Source: Dehalococcoidia bacterium
GTDB taxonomy: Bacteria > Chloroflexota > Dehalococcoidia > UBA2979
Direction: 5' to 3'
DNA length: 64,000 nucleotides
Assembly (NCBI GenBank): GCA_965262725.1
Contig: OZ253555.1
Span: forward strand, 1,504,001 to 1,568,000
Part shown: one piece after another, positions 9,840 through 20,129 of the stretch
Position numbering within the stretch: the first letter of the stretch is position 1
How the letters are laid out: each line of letters starts with the position of its first letter
Program-made: the position numbers and the translations under genes
The notes under the pieces: generated by a model
Seen by the model: only the letters and a program-made list of their open reading frames with translations
Databases searched by the model: none
What the model was told of the DNA's origin: nothing

Positions 9840-10622
9840 TCAGGTCGTTGGGGCACCTCCTCTCGGGGAGGTCGAGGCCCGGAGCCGGTAGGACTCGGTG
9901 CCGGTCTCGATGATATGGGCACGGTAGGTGAGGCGGTCAACGACGGCCGCGGCGAGACGAGGGTCGGTGAAGATGCGGCCCCACTCGGAGAACGGGGAGT
10001 TGGAGGCGACGGCGACCGATGCCCGTTCCTCGCGCTCGGTCAGGATCTGGAACAGCATTTCGGCACCGCGCGGGTCGAGGTGGACGTACCCGAACTCATC
10101 CAGGCAGAGCAGGTCGAGGCGGCCGTAGCGGGCGACGAGGCGTGAGAGCGCGCGATCATCCGACGCTTCGGCCAGTTCATTCACCAGGGCGGCCGTGGTC
10201 ATGTACCGCACGCGCAGCCCCAGGTGGCAGGCGGCCATGCCGAGGCCGATGAGCAGGTGTGACTTCCCGGTGCCGCTGTCACCGAGCAGGACGACGGGCT
10301 CGCCCCTTTCGACCCAGTCGCAGCGCTCCAGCGTGGCGAGCGCCGGCGCGTCGACTGTCGGCGCCGCCTCGAGGTCGAAGTCGGCGAGGTACTTGAAACG
10401 CGGGAACCGCGCCTCGACGATACGGCGCTGACGGCGCCGCTCCTCACGGTCATCGCGTTCGGCTCCCAGCACTTCGGCGAGATAGCCCAGATGGGTGATC
10501 CGGTCTCGGACCGCGGCTTCGGCGAGCGGGAGCGCCTGCTTCCTGACGGTGGGGAGACGGAGCTCGCGGCAGATCGCCTCGATTGTCAGCTCCGCGGCCT
10601 GGTCGGTGAGGGGTGCTGTCAT
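9840..10622 (-). CDS. istB: IS21 helper ATPase IstB
   Basis: GDSGTGKSH Walker A, LDEFGY, AAVVDRL, GTESYRL. Confidence 0.92.
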   Translation of the reverse strand: MTAPLTDQAAELTIEAICRELRLPTVRKQALPLAEAAVRDRITHLGYLAEVLGAERDDREERRRQRRIVEARFPRFKYLADFDLEAAPTVDAPALATLERCDWVERGEPVVLLGDSGTGKSHLLIGLGMAACHLGLRVRYMTTAALVNELAEASDDRALSRLVARYGRLDLLCLDEFGYVHLDPRGAEMLFQILTEREERASVAVASNSPFSEWGRIFTDPRLAAAVVDRLTYRAHIIETGTESYRLRASTSPRGGAPTT

Positions 10623-10638
10623 CGGGTGCCTCCTGTGG

Positions 10639-12273
10639 TCAGCGTGCCGTCGACACCGCAGCGGTGACGGCGGTTGTGGTGGTGTGCGACGCGTTCTCGG
10701 CAGACCGCGGAGCGCGGGAGCGCCCGCCCGGCGACGTGCCGGGCCATCGGGAATCACCCGAGAGCAGCGCATCGTAGCCATCGAGGAGCGGGGCAGGTCG
10801 GTCGTAGCGCTCCAGGTGCGGTCTCTCGACGGCGGCGTCTGGTGGCCTGCGGTCGGCGAGACGGCGCGCCTCGATGGCGACCAGTTCGGGGTTCACCGAC
10901 TGGATCCTGTTGACCGTCCCGAGCGCGGCGTGCACCGCCGTGAAGGGAAGATGGCGATGCAGGAGCAGGACCTCGATGTACGCCTGCGTGCCCGCGCGGT
11001 CGCCGAGCTTGCGGCGGGCGCGGTCCCAGAAGCGCTGATGCTCGGCTGTGACGTGTCCCTTCGCACGCGCCTGCTGGAGCGCCACCGAGCCCGGGACCGC
11101 CCCGGGCTTGCGCGCGAGCACCTCCAGATAGTGGTCGAGCAGCAGGACCTCTGCTCCGGTGCGGGCGCTGCGCTCGTGGTGGGCGACTTCACGCCCCTCG
11201 GCCCACACGGTCAGGCTGTTCCCGGACAGCCGCACGTCCAGCTTCCGGCCTGCATAGGCCGCCGGGACCGAGTAGCGGGAGCTACGCACGGCGATGCGCG
11301 CCTTGCGGTCGACCTTCGCGCGCAGCGGGATTGACGGGTCGAAGCGCTCCGCCGGAAGCGGACGCAGCGAGGCCTTCTCGTTCTCTCCCATCTCGCCGAC
11401 GGTGGCGAGGCGGCTCTCGATGTGCCGGGCGTCGTCGGTGCGGTCCGCCTCCCGCACTCGTTCGTTCAGCTCGCCGAGGGTCGCCACCTTCGGGACCGGC
11501 ACGAAGTGCCGCCGGCGGAAGCGGCCGACCTCGCCCTCCACACCGCCCTTCTCGTGCGCGCCCTCGATGCCGGGCTCACAGAAGAAGCTGTCGAAGCCGT
11601 AATGCGAGCGGAGCGCGATGAAGCGCTCGGTCTGCAGGCGCTCGCGTCCCTGCAGCACGGTGGTGACGGCCGCCGTCAGATTGTCGTAGCGGATGCGCCG
11701 CGGCACTCCGCCGAGCCGCTCGAAGGCGACCACGTGCCCCTCGAGCAGAGACTCCTGGCCCTCGCCGACGAAGCAGACGTGCGCCGCCCGCCCCGAATGC
11801 GAGAGCCGCATCACGAACATCGCCAGCCGGGTCTCGACGCCCTCCAGCCACACCGTCACCGTGCCGAAGTCGACCTCCGCCTCCTCGCCGGGAGGATGGA
11901 CCTGCGGGATCGTCACAACCGCGCGCCCGCCCTGGATCTCGCGACGCAGGCGCGCGACGCAGGCGCGGACCGTGGGCTCGGCCACCGTCGCCCCGTGTTC
12001 GTCGACGAGGCGCTCCCAGATGCGCCGGGCCGTGTGCCGCTGCTTGCGCGGCGCGCTGAGGTCGTCCACGAGCCAGCCCCGGATGACCGAGACGTACGGC
12101 CCGAGCTTCGGGGCCACGCGGGTCGCCTGCTTGCGTTCCGGGGGTATCGCCGACCCAAGAGCCTGCCGCACCGTGCGCCGGTGCACGCCATGCCGGCGTC
12201 CCAGCTCATGGATCGACAGCTCCTCCTCCCTCGCCATCCGTCGGATAGACTCGAACAGCTCCACTCTCGACAC
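10639..12273 (-). CDS. istA: IS21 transposase IstA
   Basis: N-terminal HTH, KQRHTARRI, EAEVDFG, YDN, HEKGGVEGEVG. Confidence 0.92.
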   Translation of the reverse strand: MSRVELFESIRRMAREEELSIHELGRRHGVHRRTVRQALGSAIPPERKQATRVAPKLGPYVSVIRGWLVDDLSAPRKQRHTARRIWERLVDEHGATVAEPTVRACVARLRREIQGGRAVVTIPQVHPPGEEAEVDFGTVTVWLEGVETRLAMFVMRLSHSGRAAHVCFVGEGQESLLEGHVVAFERLGGVPRRIRYDNLTAAVTTVLQGRERLQTERFIALRSHYGFDSFFCEPGIEGAHEKGGVEGEVGRFRRRHFVPVPKVATLGELNERVREADRTDDARHIESRLATVGEMGENEKASLRPLPAERFDPSIPLRAKVDRKARIAVRSSRYSVPAAYAGRKLDVRLSGNSLTVWAEGREVAHHERSARTGAEVLLLDHYLEVLARKPGAVPGSVALQQARAKGHVTAEHQRFWDRARRKLGDRAGTQAYIEVLLLHRHLPFTAVHAALGTVNRIQSVNPELVAIEARRLADRRPPDAAVERPHLERYDRPAPLLDGYDALLSGDSRWPGTSPGGRSRAPRSAENASHTTTTAVTAAVSTAR

Positions 12274-12399
12274 ACTCCTCTTCCCTCGCTCCGGGAGTCA
12301 TGCAGTCACCCGAGCGTAGGTCCTGGATGGGTCGGGGGTGGTGTCCCCATGTTCTTTGTCAAGGGCCAGCGCCACTGATCCGGGATGGCCGGCGCAGCG

Positions 12400-13616
12400 T
12401 CAGGCAGCCACCGACCCGTGACGAGGAGCCTCCTCGGCGCGGTACGGTTCGCGCGAGCGCAGCATGGCCAGGATGACGTCGCAGCGACGACGCGCGAGGC
12501 AGATGACGGCTGCGGTGTGTTTCTTTCCCTCGGCCCGCTTGCGGTCGTAGAACGCCCGCGAGACGGGGTCGCGCAGCGAGGCGAAGGCGGAGAGGTACAT
12601 CGCGTTCTTGAGCCGGTGATTCCCGCGGCGGCTCCGCGTCTGCCCCCGGATGCTGCTGCCGGACTGGCGGGTGACCGGGGCAAGGCCGGCGTAGCTGGCC
12701 AGCCTCGATCCGTTCGCGAAGCGGGAGATGTCACCGATCTCGGCGAGCATCCGCGCTCCCGTCCTCGGCCCGATCCCCGGCAGGGAGCCGAGGATGGGGC
12801 CGAAAGGGTGGGCCTCGAAGAGCTCCCCGATCTCCGCGCCGAGCCGCTCCCGCCGCTGCTGCGTGCGATCCAGCTCGGTCGCGACCTCGGCGATCACCCG
12901 ACCCATCGCGACCGAGCCGGGTACGACCACGGTCTGGGCGCCGAGGGCCCCGGTGACGGCCTCGGTGAGCGTCTTCGCGAGGCGCGGCGAGCGCTTCCGG
13001 AGCGTCCGCGCGATGCGGCCGCGACCCGCCGTGGCCAGCGCCTGCGGTGTCGGGTAGCGGGCGAGCAGGTCCCGTGCCCCCGCATTGTGGAGCCTGGGGC
13101 CCAGTACGCGCTCCAGGGCCGGGGAGAGACCGGTGACGGCGTCGCGCAGCCGGTTCGTGAGCCGCGTGGCATCGGCGGCGAGGTCGGTGTCGTAGCCGTT
13201 GAGAACGCGCAGCTGCTCCAGGAGTTCGTCGTCGCCGGCGTCGAGCCAGTGCACCTGGTGGCGCCGGGTGCGGCCGGTGTCGGCCAGCACGAACGCATCG
13301 CGGCGGTCGGTCTTGGACTCACCCGGGTAGAGGTCGGCGGCACGGCGCATGACCAGCCCCGGCAGTATGCCACCGGCACGCCGCGGCGGGCGGCGACGGC
13401 GAGCACGAGCCGGGCCAGCGAGCCGGGCTGGTCGACGACCAGTGCCGGGGAGCCGAAGGACTCCGCGCGAGCGAGGAGCGCCTCGATGTCGGCCTCGTCG
13501 TTCGCGACGGCGACGGCGAACAGCGGCGCGCCTGCCGCGTCCAGCACATCGGCGAAGTGCTCTGTCTTGCCGATGTCGAGGCCGATCCACACGGTGGTTT
13601 CGTCGGGCGTACCCAC
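12400..13616 (-). pseudogene. IS110 recombinase with a single frameshift near 13366
   Basis: IGLDIGK...VVDQPG in one frame; KTDRRDA, LPGIG, YAGLAP, SGSS and RRGNHRLK in the next frame. Confidence 0.85.
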
Positions 13617-13659
13617 TGCAACTCCTTCCGGGGTTTCCCCCTCATTCCAGCAGGAAGGC

Positions 13660-13830
13660 CGCAGGCGCGCTCGCCGTCATCCACCTTACAAATCAGCGAT
13701 TGGCTCGCATGTCCCCATCAGAGGTTCACGCGCCGAACAGTGCCGGTGGCAACACCACCCGAGCCGTCCGTTGCGGCAGGGCCATTTGAGCCATGCCGGC
13801 ACTGCTGGGCTTCCCGGGCTCAGAGGTTAC
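13660..13830 (-). ncRNA. Putative IS110 bridge RNA (ends approximate)
   Basis: Target guides AAATGGCCC (13787-13779) and GGGTGG (13760-13755); donor guides ATGGGGACA (13718-13710) and GTAAGGTG (13689-13682); all match the actual junctions. Confidence 0.75.
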
Positions 13831-13852
13831 TGAGCTCGTTTGAAGAAGGTAA

Positions 13853-14171
13853 GGGGCCATTTCCCGTGACTGAGGTCCTCCAGGAGGAGCAAGGGGTGAC
13901 GACCGTCGTCGTCCCATCCAAGCAGCTCCGGCATGAAGGGTGCGGAGATGTCTCGGTAGGCCTGGTGTTCGCGACGCAGCCAGCCGGCGACCGCAGACTG
14001 TGGTGTGTCTGCGCCGGTCTTGGCGAAGACACGCCGCCCGTCCGCAAGGGTGAGAGACCAACGCTCGGCAGGGGTGTACCCACCCGCGGCCGGACAACCC
14101 GACTCGACCGCCGAGCCCATGAGCCTCGCGACTCGTCGTGACAGCCCGGCGGGCGGGGAAGTCACATTCAC
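13853..14171 (-). pseudogene. Truncated inverted second copy of the 8834-9760 kinase, cut by IS110
   Basis: First 106 aa differ from copy 1 at 5 positions; ends at HGKWP at the IS110 junction. Confidence 0.9.
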
Positions 14172-14502
14172 ACCGAGAATCCTACAGGTGCACCGGCGAC
14201 CGGGAATGGGAGCGGGGTGCGCACTCTTCGCGAAAGGGCGTCACGGGCCACGGAGGTTACGGGCCGGTCCACCGATCGTCCTCCACGGGATGCTTGATTG
14301 CGAGAACTGCGGGAACGCGCCGCATCCCGCCCGCAATCACGCACTGTCCGCTCTTCCGCGAGTGCTCGGTTGGCGCGGCGGGACCACGGCGAGGCGGTTG
14401 ACGCCGCATCCTTGACGCGATGGCGGCCCGTCGGCATGTTCGTTCCCGGGGTCGGCGGGCTCGGCCTTCGAGCCGACGTGAGCGGATGTCGGAGGCGCAG
14501 CG

Positions 14503-15267
14503 ATGACGTCCTACGTCGACCGCCTCGCCCGCCGCAGCCGCGCGGTTGGCAGCTTCGTCTGCGTCGGCCTCGACCCGCCCGGCGACCTGCCTGTCGAGGA
14601 GGTCGCGCGCCGCAACCGCGCGCTGATCGAGGCGACCGCGCCCTACGCCGCCTGCTTCAAGCCCAACCTCGCCTTCTACGAGCAGTTCGGCATCCCCGGC
14701 CTGCGCGCCCTCGAAGCGACTCTCGAAGCTATCCCCGGCGGCATCCCTGTCATTTGCGATGCCAAGCGCGGCGACATGAACAACAGCGCCGCCGCCTACG
14801 CCCGCGCCCTCTTCGAGGTCTGGGGCTTCGACGCCGCCACGGTGAATCCGTACCAGGGGCGCGACGCCGTCGCGCCCTTCCTCGCCTACGAGGACCGGGG
14901 CGTTTACCTCCTCTGCCGCACCTCGAATCCCGGGTCCGCCACCATCCAGAACGCCACCCTCGCAGGCGGCCTGCCGCTGTATGAACGCCTCGCGGCCGAG
15001 ATGCCCTCGTGGGGCGCGAACGTCGGCCTCGTCGTCGGCGCGACGGCGCCGACCGAGCTCGCCCGGGTGCGCGCGCTCGCTCCGGAGACCACGATCCTCG
15101 TGCCGGGCGTCGGCGCGCAGGGAGGCGACCCGGCCGAAGTGGTGGCCGCGGCGGGACGGGCGCCCGGCCTCATGGTGGTGAGCGCCTCCCGCAGCATCGC
15201 GAGCGCGCCGGACCCGGCGGCCGCGGCGCGAGACCTGCGCGACGCCCTCAACGCCCCCGGTCGGTGA
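14503..15267 (+). CDS. pyrF: Orotidine-5'-phosphate decarboxylase
   Basis: CVGLDP, FKPNLAFYE, DAKRGDM, RTSNPG, LVVGAT, PGVGAQGG. Confidence 0.95.
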   Translation: MTSYVDRLARRSRAVGSFVCVGLDPPGDLPVEEVARRNRALIEATAPYAACFKPNLAFYEQFGIPGLRALEATLEAIPGGIPVICDAKRGDMNNSAAAYARALFEVWGFDAATVNPYQGRDAVAPFLAYEDRGVYLLCRTSNPGSATIQNATLAGGLPLYERLAAEMPSWGANVGLVVGATAPTELARVRALAPETTILVPGVGAQGGDPAEVVAAAGRAPGLMVVSASRSIASAPDPAAAARDLRDALNAPGR

Positions 15268-15401
15268 ACGAGGGGGTGTCGCCGTCGGCCGGGCGTGCCA
15301 CATGTGCCGCCACGCAGCCTATATCCACTGCCTATGTTCGAGGGCCCGACGAACGGCATCCCAGAAGGCCGCTCCGAGGCTGACTACAGGAGGTATCGAA
15401 G

Positions 15402-15929
15402 GTGAGTGAGCACTTGAACCGTGAGATCAAGGCGTACTGTCCCGACTTTGCGCCCGTCCGGCAGCTGCTCCGCGATGGTGGGGCGAGGTTGGTCGCGGTC
15501 AAGGAACAGGTGGACCACTACTATCACCTGCCCGCGATCGGAACCGAGGAGGGAACACGGCGACTCAAGCTTCGTATCGAAGGCGAGAAGAGGCAGCTCA
15601 TCTTCTACCGTGACCATCAGGAAACAAATGCCCGGATTAGTCGAGTCCACATCTGGGAGGTACACGATCCTCAGGTCACGGATGTACTAGACATCGCGTT
15701 GGGCAATCGAGTCACGGTCCGTAAGCAACGCGAACTGTGGTCCACGGACAACGTCGAATTCAACCTGGACACGGTGGAGAGCGTCGGGCAAGTCTTCGAG
15801 TTGGAGGCACAGGCGGAGGATGGTCGTGACATCGCAGCCCAGGTGGAGGACTGGCGCCGCCGCCTGGGACCCTACCTTGGTTCTTACATAACTGGTTCGA
15901 ATGAAGATTTGGTTCTGACTTCCAGATAG
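15402..15929 (+). CDS. CYTH-domain (class IV adenylate cyclase-like) protein
   Basis: NREIKA, QVDHYY, LKLR, VRKQRELW, LDTVESVGQVFELE. Confidence 0.8.
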   Translation: MSEHLNREIKAYCPDFAPVRQLLRDGGARLVAVKEQVDHYYHLPAIGTEEGTRRLKLRIEGEKRQLIFYRDHQETNARISRVHIWEVHDPQVTDVLDIALGNRVTVRKQRELWSTDNVEFNLDTVESVGQVFELEAQAEDGRDIAAQVEDWRRRLGPYLGSYITGSNEDLVLTSR

Positions 15930-16284
15930 GTGACACGCCGAGAAGACTAGGTAGACGGGGCGTACCGGTTGTCCCGGGGTCCGAGCAGCACGAGGAGTGG
16001 CAGGTGGCGGACGAGCCAACGCGCGCTGGATGGCTGGCGCGGCGACTCACGCGCATGCCGGCGGTGCCGTCGCGGTTAGCATCGTCGACACTCGGCGAGG
16101 GATCCTAGTCACAGCGCAGGTGTAGGGCGGAGCTGGGGCCGGGCATGATGCCTGACGAGGACAGTGTGAAGGCAGGCATCGAAGTCGCCCCGCAGCAGAT
16201 TGGCATGCCGATCGGCGTGGTGCTCGGGAAGCAGGCGATCCGAGGCGGCGGAATCCACATCGGCGCCGTCCTCGGAGCACGGCG

Positions 16285-16743
16285 ATGATGACGATCCGGC
16301 GGTATCGCGCGACCGACCACGATGCCGTTTGGGAACTCCACAACCTGGCGTTGCTGGACGTTGCGGCGCACCCGGGAAACGGGTCATGGGACGATGACCT
16401 GCATCAGGTCGAGACGGTGTACATCGCAGAGGGCGGGGACTTCTTCGTTGGTGTAGTCCGTGAACGGGTCGTGGCAATGGGAGCGCTCAAGAGGCTCGCC
16501 GGCAACCGAGCAGAGATTTGCCGGATGCGAGTAAATCCCAGCCTCCAGCGAAGGGGCCTGGGAAGGGAGATGCTGCTGGCGCTAGAACAACGGGCGGCGG
16601 CGCTGGGATTCCAGACCCTGACGTTGGAAACCACGGTCAGGCAGGTGGCTGCCATGGAGATGTACGTGAAGGCCGCATACCAGGAGGTCCGTAGGTATCG
16701 ACACGCCGGCTTCGACATCGTTGCGTTCGAGAAGCATATCTAG
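16285..16743 (+). CDS. GNAT acetyltransferase
   Basis: RMRVNPSLQRRGLG acetyl-CoA motif, LETT, AMEMY. Confidence 0.85.
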   Translation: MMTIRRYRATDHDAVWELHNLALLDVAAHPGNGSWDDDLHQVETVYIAEGGDFFVGVVRERVVAMGALKRLAGNRAEICRMRVNPSLQRRGLGREMLLALEQRAAALGFQTLTLETTVRQVAAMEMYVKAAYQEVRRYRHAGFDIVAFEKHI

Positions 16744-16805
16744 GCCCGCGGCGAGGGGGCGCTGCCCACATTGGCCGCACGAGCGGGAACCGACCGCATG
16801 GGAGC

Positions 16806-17660
16806 GTGTCCGTGACTGAGCGAGCCACGTTCGGTGACTTCATCCTCGGGTTCGAGGGTCTCGGGATCTTGCGCTCCTGGATGCTGGACCCGGCTGCTGT
16901 CAGGGCGAGAAGGAACAACATCGTTCGGATCGTCACGCAATTCGAGGAGGCGCCCTGGTCAGACCCCGTCGTCGCGGAGGAGCGGACAGTCACCGCCGGA
17001 TACGCCGAATGGGTCGCTACATACGACAGGGGTGACAACGCGGTGATACTCGCGGAGGAGCCCGTGGTACGTGGACTCCTCGCCCGCTACCCGGTTGGTG
17101 TCGCACTGGACGCAGCCTGCGGCACGGGGAGGCATGCTGCGTACTTGGCCTCGCTGGGCCATCAGGTGACCGGCATCGACTCGACGCCTGCCATGCTTGA
17201 CGTCGCACGGGCGACGGTGCCCACCGCACGCTTTGCGACGGCGGACCTGGCGGCGCTTCCTCTACCTGACGAGGCGATGGACCTGGCCGTCTGTACGCTC
17301 GCACTGAGCCACTGCGCCGATCTGGGACCACCAATTCGGGAGTTGGCCCGGGTCATGCGTCCTGGAGGGTCAGTGATCGTCTCTGACGTCCATCCGTTCA
17401 TGGTGATGCTCGGTGATCACGGCGTGTATCCGCTGAGCGACTCGGCGAGCGCGTTCGTTCGGAGCTACGTCCATCTGCCGTCGGCCTATCTCAGGGCCTT
17501 CCGCGAGGCGGGACTCCGGGTCGTTCAGTGTATTGAGCCTCTCCACGGAGATAGGGAGATCGCCACGATCGGATTCGCGGAGCGGATGCCCGACCTGGCG
17601 GAGGCTGCTGTCCGGGGTCTTCCGATCGTGATCGTGTGGGAACTCGAGAGGGTCGCCTGA
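16806..17660 (+). CDS. Class I SAM-dependent methyltransferase
   Basis: LDAACGTGRH, GIDS, LARVMRPGG. Confidence 0.85.
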   Translation: MSVTERATFGDFILGFEGLGILRSWMLDPAAVRARRNNIVRIVTQFEEAPWSDPVVAEERTVTAGYAEWVATYDRGDNAVILAEEPVVRGLLARYPVGVALDAACGTGRHAAYLASLGHQVTGIDSTPAMLDVARATVPTARFATADLAALPLPDEAMDLAVCTLALSHCADLGPPIRELARVMRPGGSVIVSDVHPFMVMLGDHGVYPLSDSASAFVRSYVHLPSAYLRAFREAGLRVVQCIEPLHGDREIATIGFAERMPDLAEAAVRGLPIVIVWELERVA

Positions 17661-18772
17661 CGGGGGGAGTTTGTCGGATGCCGCCGAGGGAGGAACGCAC
17701 ACCCAGTGTCCTAGCCGGCGCTGCATATTCGACGCTCGGTAACGACGAAGACGGAGTCGCGGTTGTTCTTGAGCAACTGGTGCAGGAGGTCGGGTAGTGC
17801 ATAGGGGACGGGCGTCGGAGGTCACCAGTTCCACGTAACGCTGCGGTCAATCGCTGAGTACGCTGGGAGCTTGCCGAGAAGTCGGGGGCGGGTCACTTGT
17901 CTAAGCTCGAATCCAGAGCGCCAGGCTAACTGGCGAGTAGGCAGGAGGTGGAAGTCCTCTATGGCAAAGAGCTAGCCACTCATGTCATTCCGCGAGCCGT
18001 GCGCGGGTCGTCGCGAGGCGGCTTGTGAAGCGTCGGCAGCGGGGTGTGCGGGCGGGGCTAATGAGCATCGAAAGGGCCATTTGGGGTGCCGAGGCTCTTG
18101 GATTGGTCGAAGGCAATACCGGCGACGGCGCTACTGGCGAGTCGTGGTCGGGCCCCACGGTGTCGAAGACCCCATGCACGCACACACGTCTATCGCCGGG
18201 ACTTGGGAGAGCTGCGCGTTGTCCCGACGAGTCGTACGCCGGGACCGCGTCGGGAAGGGACGTAAACCGTAGCCGATGATGAACGATGCGCAGCAGTCTG
18301 ATGGGGCCGTACGAGCGATGAAGGCGGCGAACAAGGGGGCGCGAGCCCCGGCGGAGTCGCTGGAGCAAAGGGCCCCAACCGAGAGGAATCCTCAAAGCAC
18401 CGGCACGGTCCGGACGCAGAGTCGGGGTGCGGTGTCACCCGGAGCGGAGAGGATACGGCAGTTCGTGGAACGGAAGCCGGGAGAGAAACTCACCGCGCTC
18501 TTGCACCACATCACGCCGGAGGCGCTGCGGGAGGCGTATCTCGCGTTGAAGCGGGATGCGGCTCCGGGCGTGGACGGGGTGAGGTGGCGAGAATACGGGG
18601 ACGGGCTGGACGAGCGATTGCTCGACCTGCATGGCCGCGTACACCGTGGAGCGTACCGGGCGAAGCCCGTCAGGCGGGTAGAGATACCCAAGCCGGACGG
18701 GGGAATACGGCCGCTCGGTATCGTCTCGCTGGAGGACAAGATCGTTCAGCGGGCGGTGGTGGACAATCTTTT

Positions 18773-20100
18773 GGGCACTTCGAAGAATGACTATATCGTC
18801 GGCATGGTGAATGATATACTGTAGCCATCAGTGTCATGGTTACGGGGGATGATATGGGCCAACTTGGGTTCTTCAATGTGGACGACCGCTACGACGCTCT
18901 CGACGCCAAGGGCGACCCACTCGCCAAGCTCGACCAAATCATCCCGTGGGAGCAGTTCAGACCTCAGTTAGAAGCCGTCTGGGCCACGCCCGAAGAAGAG
19001 CGTAAATCACCGGCCGGACGCAAGCCATGGGACGCAATCGTCATCTTCAAGGGATTGATACTCGGCGTACTCTACAACCTCTCCGATGAACAGATTGAGT
19101 ATCAGATCCGCGACCGTCTCTCCTTCTCCCGCTTCTGCGGCACAGGCATCGAAGGCCGGGTGCCCGACGCCACCACCTTCTGGCTCTACCGCGAGCAGTT
19201 GACCAGGGCGGGCGCCATCGCCGAGTTGTTCCAGGCCTTCGACCACTATCTCGCCAGCCAGGGCTACCGCGCCAGTGGCGGACAGATCGTCGACGCCTCG
19301 ATCGTCTCGGTGCCGATCCAGCGCAACAGCCGCCGGGAGAACGAGTCGCTCAAGCAGGACCTCATTCCCTCGGAGTGGGTCTTCAATCCGGCGAAGCTGG
19401 CCCAGAAAGACCTCGACGCCCGCTGGACGAAGAAGCACGGGAAGAGTCACTACGGCTACAAGAACCACATCACCATCGATCGGCGCCACAAGCTGGTGCG
19501 TTCCTACGCCGTCACCGATGCCGCGGTCCATGACAGCCAGGTGATCGACCAGCTGCTCGACTCTCCGAACACGTCACCCGATGTGTGGGCAGACCGTGCC
19601 TATCGGTCGCGGGCGATTGAGGCAATGCTCACGGAGAAAGGTCTGACGAGCCGCATCCATCGGAAGGCCGCTGCCAACCGGCCGTTGACGGCGGCTGAGG
19701 AGGCGGTCAACCGGGGATGGTCGCAAGTACGGGCCCGGGTTGAGCACATCTTCGGCTCGCAGACGAACGAGATGGGCGGCACGCACATCCGTACGATCGG
19801 CGTGCGGCGGGCAGTGACGCAGATCGGCTTCAAGAACCTGGCGTACAATATTCGCCGTCTGGCGCACCTCGAACACCGCCGTACGGCTGCCGCGGCCTAG
19901 CTTGCCGCCACCCGTCCACAGACCTCACACCAGCCTCTAGTTCGGTGCTTTGACAGTCCCGTTTAACTGTCAATTATCCCGCTTCACCTATGCTCTCGCG
20001 GACTCACCCACACCCCCTGGGGTCTCCTCAGCTACGCCCTCTGCCCCCTCGTGCCCTCACCGATACCTTCATCAACAATCGCGAGTTCTTCGAGGTGCCC
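18773..20100 (+). mobile_element. IS5-family element, apparently intact
   Basis: Inverted repeats GGGCACTTCGAAGAA / TTCTTCGAGGTGCCC; 4-bp TTTT target duplication. Confidence 0.92.
18854..19900 (+). CDS. IS5 transposase
   Basis: LSDEQIEYQIRDRLSF, IVDASIV, YGYKNH, WADRAY, RARVEHIF. Confidence 0.92.
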   Translation: MGQLGFFNVDDRYDALDAKGDPLAKLDQIIPWEQFRPQLEAVWATPEEERKSPAGRKPWDAIVIFKGLILGVLYNLSDEQIEYQIRDRLSFSRFCGTGIEGRVPDATTFWLYREQLTRAGAIAELFQAFDHYLASQGYRASGGQIVDASIVSVPIQRNSRRENESLKQDLIPSEWVFNPAKLAQKDLDARWTKKHGKSHYGYKNHITIDRRHKLVRSYAVTDAAVHDSQVIDQLLDSPNTSPDVWADRAYRSRAIEAMLTEKGLTSRIHRKAAANRPLTAAEEAVNRGWSQVRARVEHIFGSQTNEMGGTHIRTIGVRRAVTQIGFKNLAYNIRRLAHLEHRRTAAAA

Positions 20101-20129
20101 TTTTGAACCCGATTTACGAGTCGGGCTAC

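Larger units (their letters stand above)
9779..12341 (-). mobile_element. IS21-family element; the end upstream of istA is interrupted by IS110
   Basis: istA/istB pair; tandem TCTGGCCCCAC terminal repeats at about 9790-9825; only GGGGGTGG remains at 12334-12341. Confidence 0.85.
12342..13852 (-). mobile_element. IS110-family element flanked by a CC core at each junction
   Basis: DEDD recombinase, long non-coding left end, TTGACA near the right end; guide segments match both junctions. Confidence 0.88.
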
